From contig CATNEN010000025.1 in the NCBI GenBank assembly GCA_950097015.1, positions 8,184,001 to 8,248,000 of the forward strand: 64,000 nucleotides of DNA, read 5' to 3'. The notes under the pieces are model-generated. The model was not told where the DNA came from. It saw only the letters and a list, made by a program, of their open reading frames with translations, and searched no databases. This stretch comes from Macrostomum hystrix (Eukaryota > Animalia > Platyhelminthes). The first letter of the stretch is position 1. Each line of letters starts with the position of its first letter. A program made the translations under genes and the position numbers. Shown one piece after another: positions 57,405 to 64,000 of the stretch.

Positions 57405-57870
57405 GTGCCTCATCTCTCCCCTGTCTCATTTCCCCTGTCTTATCTGCCCTGTCTCATCTCTCCCATGTCTCATGTCTCCTGTGTCTCATCTCACCCGTGT
57501 CTCATCTCTCCTGTCTCTCATCTCTCCCGTGTCTCATGTCTCCTGTGTCTCATCTCTCCTGTGTCTCATCTCTCCCGTGTCTCATCTCTCCTGTGTCTCA
57601 TCTCTCCTGTGTCTCATCTCTCCCGTGTCTCATCTCTCCCGTGTCTCATCTCTCCCGTGTCTCATCTCTCCTGTGTCTCATCTCTCCTGTGTCTCATCTC
57701 TCCTGTGTCTCATCTCTCCTGTGTCTCATCTCTCCTGTGTCTCATCTCTCCCGTGTCTCATCTCTCCCGTGTCTCATCTCTCCTGTGTCTCATCTCTCCC
57801 GTGTCTCATCTCTCCCGTGTCTCATCTCTCCCGTGTCTCATCTCTCCTGTGTCTCATCTCTCCCCATCTC
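57405..57870. repeat. 16-nt minisatellite (gtgtctcatctctcc[c/t])
   Basis: About 28 copies. Confidence 0.93.
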
Positions 57871-57879
57871 ATATTTCTA

Positions 57880-57952
57880 CAGTCAATGCGGCCCGCTGTT
57901 GTATTCTAAGGTTCTCTCTTTGGCCCGCTAGTTAATAAGTTTGCCGACCCTG
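57880..57952. mobile_element. Possible hAT/Charlie-type DNA transposon right end (solo TIR fragment)
   Basis: gcggcccgc...tttggcccgc...agtttgccgaccctg resembles the end of hAT MITEs (CAGGGTCGGCAAAC TIR). No partner TIR seen. Confidence 0.4.
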
Positions 57953-58737
57953 CACTATAGCTAGCTATTCTTGACTTAAACAAACGACAAACATTTCCGC
58001 CTAGAGACGCGCGCAGCAACTAGGAAAATAAACTAATACGTCGTACCGGTTTTTCTCGCTGAGGTTGTTAGGTTAGAATGGCGAATGAGTAACTGCCAAG
58101 AGGATATTTAAATTTTCTTGGCCTCCCAAACTTCCTATATAGAGATTCCATTCCGACACGACTTCCTGTGTTGACGAAGCGAGGTCTATGCGACCATAGC
58201 TAGCTATAGCTACTGTGGCTTTAGGGTGTGACAGAATACTCAATCAATAGCGAGGTGCCAAACCAACTTCAAATGTGGCCGATGAGATTTCTATTTCGTT
58301 GGGTTAGTGATTGCATTGCATTAGTTAGAATGCATAATTAATTAGAATTTCAGTTAGCTAGTTAAATATCAAATAGTGTACTTGAAATAAGATTGCGAAA
58401 TTCTACACTGAAACTGCAGCCACTATTATTAACTAGACTGCAGTATAGAATGTACTTAATAGTTTTTTAAGTAACTAACCAGTAGTACATGACCATTGCC
58501 ACCTGCTCAAGCGGACATGGAGTCATTACGAGCTATTGCTATAAAATCAGACTCAAAAGCGTGCTCAAAACTATCTTTTATACCGGTGGCGCTAGTAGAC
58601 TGACAGTAAATTTAGAAATTCGAAATCACATTTATAATCATAGCTACTGTAGTTTAGCATCTCAGCGAAACAAATGTAAGTTACACTTCCTTTATTCGCC
58701 TATATAATTTTTCGATCAATAAATAAATGAATGAATG

Positions 58738-58945
58738 TTTAGAGTCGAATGAGCTACTGAATGACTCAAGGTTTAGAGTCGAATGAGCTACTGAATGACT
58801 CGAGGTTTAGAGTCGAATGAGCTACTGAATGACTCGAGGTTTAGAGTCGAATGAGCTACTGAATGACTCAAGGTTTAGAGTCGAATGAGCTACTGAATGA
58901 CTCAAGGTTTAGAGTCGAATGAGCTACTGAATGACTCAAGGTTTA
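58738..58945. repeat. 34-nt minisatellite (tttagagtcgaatgagctactgaatgactcaagg)
   Basis: 6 copies. Confidence 0.93.
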
Positions 58946-59714
58946 AATAGAGTAGATGACCGTCTAAATGATTCAAGATTATTGTCGATTATCCATCGAA
59001 TGACTCAATATTTAGTGTGTATAGCCAACTGAATTATGTTTTTCGATTTTCATTTAGAATTAATGTTTTTACATTTGCAAATCTGACTGCTTGCAATTAG
59101 AAGAAAAAATGGTGGCTAGCTACAATTTATGTTTTGCTTTGAGTCATTCATTGGAGGATGCACGTTAGTAATTAGTATTAGGAATTTCTACTCACTCGCA
59201 ACAGGCAGCTAATAATGAGACAGGCTTCCTTCCTGACTATCGCGCATCCGCGAACATTCGCATTTATTTTCCACTAGCTTTAGCTATGCACCGAAGAATA
59301 CCCTGAACTGTCTAAATACGTCTTTTTTCTCCCATCGTTTGACCCCGGCGTAAGGCGTGTAGCTGGGTGGGACAGAGGAGCCTTGTTGTTACTCCCTACA
59401 AGCTCCGCCGGCTCACCATCTGGTCGCCTCGCGCCCGAATCTATTATTGAATGATCCCAAATCCTAATCTCTATGCCCAGATTTGAAGGAATCCTCACTA
59501 GCTATGCGCATATGTTATAGGATGCGTCTGCTTCTAGGATTATACGAGCGTGTACGGACGGTATCGCATCGTATGAACGGCAGACGTTCTTGCAGCCGCA
59601 GTCTGATGATCAATCTACGCGGGTGCACGGCTATAAGCTTGATCTTTTGCCGCCTTTGCTTTACTTTTCCACTCCAACTGGCCTACCCTCACCTCCCAAG
59701 GCAGGGCTTCGGTT

Positions 59715-60240
59715 TCTCATCTCCCCTGTCTCATCTCCCCTGTCTCATCTCCCCTGTCTCATCTCCCCTGTCTTATCTCACCTGTCTCATCTCCCCTGTC
59801 TTATCTCTACTGTCTCATCTCCCCTGTCTCATCTCCCCTGTCTCATCTCCCCTGTCTTATCTCTACTGTCTCATCTCTACTGTCTCATCTCCCCTGTCTC
59901 ATCTCCCCTGTCTCATCTCCCCTGTCTTATCTCACCTGTCTCATCTCCCCTGTCTTATCTCTACTGTCTCATCTCTACTGTCTCATCTCCCCTGTCTCAT
60001 CTCCCCTGTCTCATCTCCCCTGTCTTATCTCTACTGTCTCATCTCTACTGTCTCATCTCCCCTGTCTCATCTTTCCTCTCTTATCTCTCCCCTTTCTCAT
60101 CTCTTTCCTTTTTTATCTCTCCCCCTGTCTCATCTCACACGTCTCATCTCTCCCGTGTCTCATCTCTCCCCTGTCTCATCTCTCCCGTGTCTCATCTCTC
60201 CCCTGTCTCATCTCTCCCCTGTCTCATCTCTCCCCAGTCT
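59715..60240. repeat. 14/16-nt minisatellite (tgtctcatctcccc)
   Basis: About 35 copies. Confidence 0.92.
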
Positions 60241-61109
60241 ATAATCTTCCCTGTCACATCTCTTCCCCTCCCTAGTAATAAAGGGATAATAAGGGAATAA
60301 CATTAAACATCCCTTATCAGTCAGCAGAATCCAGTTATTGCATGATGTTGCTCCTATTGATCTGCATTGAATTCTTCCCCAATCCTGGCTACTCTGTTCT
60401 GTTCCGTCAGTTTTCTTGCCTTATTTTTGTACAATGCCCCATCGTGTGGCGTGCAATCAAGCCCTATATTTTATTATGAAATATCAAATCTGATGTCTGA
60501 AATCGTGCACTTGAATGAAATTCTCTCAATTCGCCTGTCATAAATCCGGCCAGCTTTCATTTCCTTGCCCACGGCTTTAGCTCGTACTAAAACGAAAAGC
60601 AGCGGGACCAAAGTTTCATGACCGTCTGGGAGGGTTTCCTGAAACGGATGGCCAACATATTGTACGATATTATAGCCTTATAAGCTAGAGTGTGGCAGTT
60701 GTTACACTAGCTAGCTACGGTCTCGTTGGATAAAAACTGAGTGGACGGGAATCTAGTCGAGATTAGATTCTGAAGAGGAAAATACTGCTGAATAGGAAAG
60801 ATAATACAGTATATATATATATTGGAAATGGTTGACCCACTTGATTTGATAAGCAGTCCATTGCTCTACAAAATAAATTGTTCTGCGTGACATTTTTATG
60901 ATGCCTCTTGTAGCTACAGTCACTGCTGAACATTTTTTAGTCCAAATTTAAATAGGCGGTGTAGATTACTCTATAAAACTGATTTAAAAAGAATATTTAT
61001 TACCTTTAACCCCTATAATATGGGAATAAGAATTTCACTAGCTCTCATAATTTCAAAATGATTCCAAAATTATGGATACGGAAGATTGATTAGAATCAAC
61101 ATCCTATAG

Positions 61110-62330
61110 TTACGGAACGGAATTGGGATCCGAATAGTTCGGTACTAGAATGCTATAGTTTCGGAATTGGGATCTGAATAGTTCGGTACTAGAATGCTAT
61201 AGTTTCGGAATCGGGATCCGAATAGTTCGGTACTAGAATTCTATAGTTTCCGAATCGGGATCCGAATAGTTCAGTACTAGTAGAATCCTATAGTTTCGGA
61301 ATTGGGATCCGAATAGTTCGGTACTAGAATCCTATAGTTTCGGAATTGGGATCCGAATAGTTCGGTACTAGTAGAATCATATATAGTTTCGGAATTGGGA
61401 TCCCAATAGTTCGGTACTAGAATCCTATAGTTTCGGAATTGGGATCCGAATAGTTCGGTACTAGTAGAATCCTATAGTTTCGGAATTGGGATCCGAATAG
61501 TTCGGTACTAGTAGAATCCTATAGTTTCCGAATCGGGATCCGAATAGTTCAGTACTAGTAGAATCCTATAGTTTCGGAATTGGGATCCGAATAGTTCGGT
61601 ACTAGAATCCTATAGTTTCGGAGTTGGGATCCGAATAGTTCGGTACTAGTAGAATCATATATAGTTTCGGAATTGGGATCCCAATAGTTCGGTACTAGAA
61701 TCCTATAGTTTCGGAATTGGGATCCGAATAGTTCGGTACTAGTAGAATCCTATAGTTTCGGAATTGGGATCCGAATAGTTCGGTACTAGTAGAATCCTAT
61801 AGTTTCCGAATCGGGATCCGAATAGTTCAGTACTAGTAGAATCCTATAGTTTCGGAATTGGGATCCGAATAGTTCGGTACTAGAATCCTATAGTTTCGGA
61901 ATTGGGATCCGAATAGTTCGGTACTAGAATGCTATAGTTTCGGAATTGGGATCCGAATAGTTCGGTACTAGTAGAATCATATATAGTTTCGGAATTGGGA
62001 TCCCAATAGTTCGGTACTAGTAGAATCATATATAGTTTCGGAATTGGGATCCGAATAGTTCGGTACTAGTAGAATCATATATAGTTTCGGAATTGGGATC
62101 CCAATAGTTCCGTGCTAGTAGAATCATATAGTTTCAGAGTTGGGATCTGAATAGTTCGGTACTAGAATCCTATAGTTTCCGAATCGGGATCCGAATAGTT
62201 CGGTACTAGAATCCTATAGTTTCCGAATCGGGATCCGAATAGTTCGGTACTAGTAGAATCCTATAGTTTCGGAATCGGGATCCTAATATTTTGGTACTTG
62301 TATCCTATACTTTTCGGATTGGAATCCGAA
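61110..62330. repeat. 44/47-nt minisatellite (tagtttcggaattgggatccgaatagttcggtactag[tag]aatccta) upstream of the LRR-Ig start
   Basis: About 27 copies with internal palindromes. Confidence 0.95.
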
Positions 62331-62545
62331 TAGTTCTAGTTTGATCCCGATTTTATCGATTGGGATCTAAAAAGTTTGAAGCTCAGAGTCCAAATTTTTT
62401 GTTATGAAATGTAAGAAATATTTTTATCTATGAAATATCCTATTTAAAACACTGAGAGCTAGGGCTAATGTAAACGCGCTAAATCACTCTGTCCTACCCC
62501 TATCATTCTAGGCAACCGTTAAAAATTGCCCGACGATAAGAAAAG

Positions 62546-63334
62546 ATGATTCAGCCTCAGCCATTCGGTATTAGACACTGGCTAGCTGTGCTGGCCCTGT
62601 TAATGCTGACTGGCCTGCCTATAACGCCCAGCGTCCAGTTGACGAACTGCGGTCGCTGCGTCTGCGACTCGCCGGGCATCACTTGCGACTTCGAAAAAGT
62701 CAAGGACAGCATCACTAGCGGCACAAATCTAGCTGATTTTACACCCACCGTCAGCGTCATGCGCCGTCTCGAGTTGGATCCACTAGCCTATCGGGATCTG
62801 TACATCAACTGTAAGAATTCACCGGCTATAAAAAATCAACGCCTCAGTCGCAGCCTGCTGCGCGGCTATACCAACCTGAGCAAATTGTCTGTTGTCAAGT
62901 GCGACCTGGTCTCAATTGAACCGGACGCTCTGGTGGACCTAACTAATCTGCGAGAGCTGGACGTCAGCAACAACCAGCTGCAGCGCCTACCATCCGAGCT
63001 GTTCCGCTCGCGGTCGATGGTTAAACTGACGCTCAGCGAGAATCCCCGGCTGGCGTTAAACAACGATACATTTCGCGACTTCTCTGTGGATCGACTGGTA
63101 CTGTCCAACTGCGGCCTAGACGAATTCCCCTGGGATAGCCTGCGAGAGATTAGAGGTCTGCAGGATCTCACACTATCTCAGAATAACATCAGACTAGTGC
63201 CAACGGAAGCAATGCAACTGGTCACACAGCTGCGAGTACTCTATCTGGATGGCAATCCGCTGTCCTGCACTTGCTCCAAAAAGTGGCTAAGGGAGAAGAT
63301 AGACTGGAATCGAGTTTCTCCACCGATTATTAAT
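62546..63334 (+). CDS. LRR-Ig (LIG-type) secreted/cell-surface protein, coding exon 1 (signal peptide, LRRNT, about 6 LRRs, LRRCT start)
   Basis: WLAVLALLMLTGL signal; CGRCVC; LRELDVSNNQL, LQDLTLSQNNI, LRVLYLDGNPLSCTCSKKWL; donor aat|gtaggt. Confidence 0.9.
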
Positions 63335-63609
63335 GTAGGTTTTATTTAAGAAACTGTGATAGTCATTTAAAATCTGTTTGGATAATATTTATAGATAGCG
63401 TGACTCACCATTCTACCGAACCTAGATTTGATGCTATTTTTAGAACGCATGACTCACCATTTTTCCTAGCTCAGATTTGATGCTATTTTTAGATCGCATG
63501 ACTCGCAGTCTGTCTATTTTAGACTGCTATTTTTAGCATCAAGTAACGCATGAGTCACTATTACGAGTATAAGCTTGGTTCTGATTGGATGCTCCGCTCC
63601 TCCCTTCAG

Positions 63610-64000
63610 TCGGCCAAGCTGCCAAAGTGCGGCAGTCCACCAACTCTGCGCGACATTGAACTGACGCAACTGTCACCGAGCGATTTTCCTTGCCTGGCGC
63701 CGGAGATTCGCTCGGTGGACATCCGCCTGGAGCCGGACGCCGCCCAGCTGATCTGCTCGGCGGACTGGGAACGACCCGGCCCGATGACTTGGATCTATCG
63801 GCACCTGCCCATCTATCCGGACATTCCGAATGGCTATCCCAGCCGCACCTACGAGAGCAGCGGCGGGGTCTTCCGCCAGTCCGTTCGTCGGACGCCAGGC
63901 TACGAGCGTGAAAAGTACACCCTGACCGCCAGAGCCGCTGACGGCCAGACGACCAACTTCTCACTGACGCTGCACTGGCCGTTGACAGAAAACGGCGCCG
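63610..64000 (+). CDS. LRR-Ig protein coding exon 2 (LRRCT end + Ig-like domain), runs off the window; absent from ORF track
   Basis: Acceptor tcccttcag|, phase 0: SAKLPKCGSPPTLRDIELTQLSPSDFPCLAPEI...AQLICSADWERPGPMTWIY...EKYTLTARAADG. Confidence 0.85.

Noticed and set aside
9805-62330. Regular 23-47-nt repeat arrays as CRISPR candidates
   Set aside because: Head-to-tail monomers without unique spacers, no cas genes, and a spliced eukaryotic context.

Overview
Eukaryotic (metazoan) genomic DNA, not prokaryotic. Short GC/Ala/Gln-rich exons are separated by introns filled with about 27 different tandem-repeat arrays. This style suggests a free-living flatworm such as Macrostomum (inference only). 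Most long ORFs in the track are repeat artefacts. Reconstructing splice sites by hand gives: the last exon of an unknown gene (247-524, +, missed by the ORF track); a single-exon secreted neuropeptide precursor with an allatostatin-C-like cyclic C-terminus (3057-3311, -); a tight same-strand cluster of a coiled-coil (possibly HAUS8-like) gene, an RSRC1/SRrp53-like gene and a complete 6-exon plastin/fimbrin gene (10726-17552, +); a complete 9-exon glycine-receptor-like Cys-loop anion channel (35219-19886, -) with an unusual pore (Met at 6', Gly in M3) and a polyQ insert; and the first two coding exons of an LRR-Ig surface protein (62546-64000, +). A roughly 370-bp tRNA-headed SINE occurs in about 6 copies. 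One copy is full length with a 13-bp target-site duplication, and the body is strongly hairpin-forming with a 14-nt match to the HDV ribozyme P3-L3 core. Several intronic satellites repeat splice-signal consensus motifs on the host-gene sense strand. No CRISPR, rRNA or bona fide tRNA gene was found.
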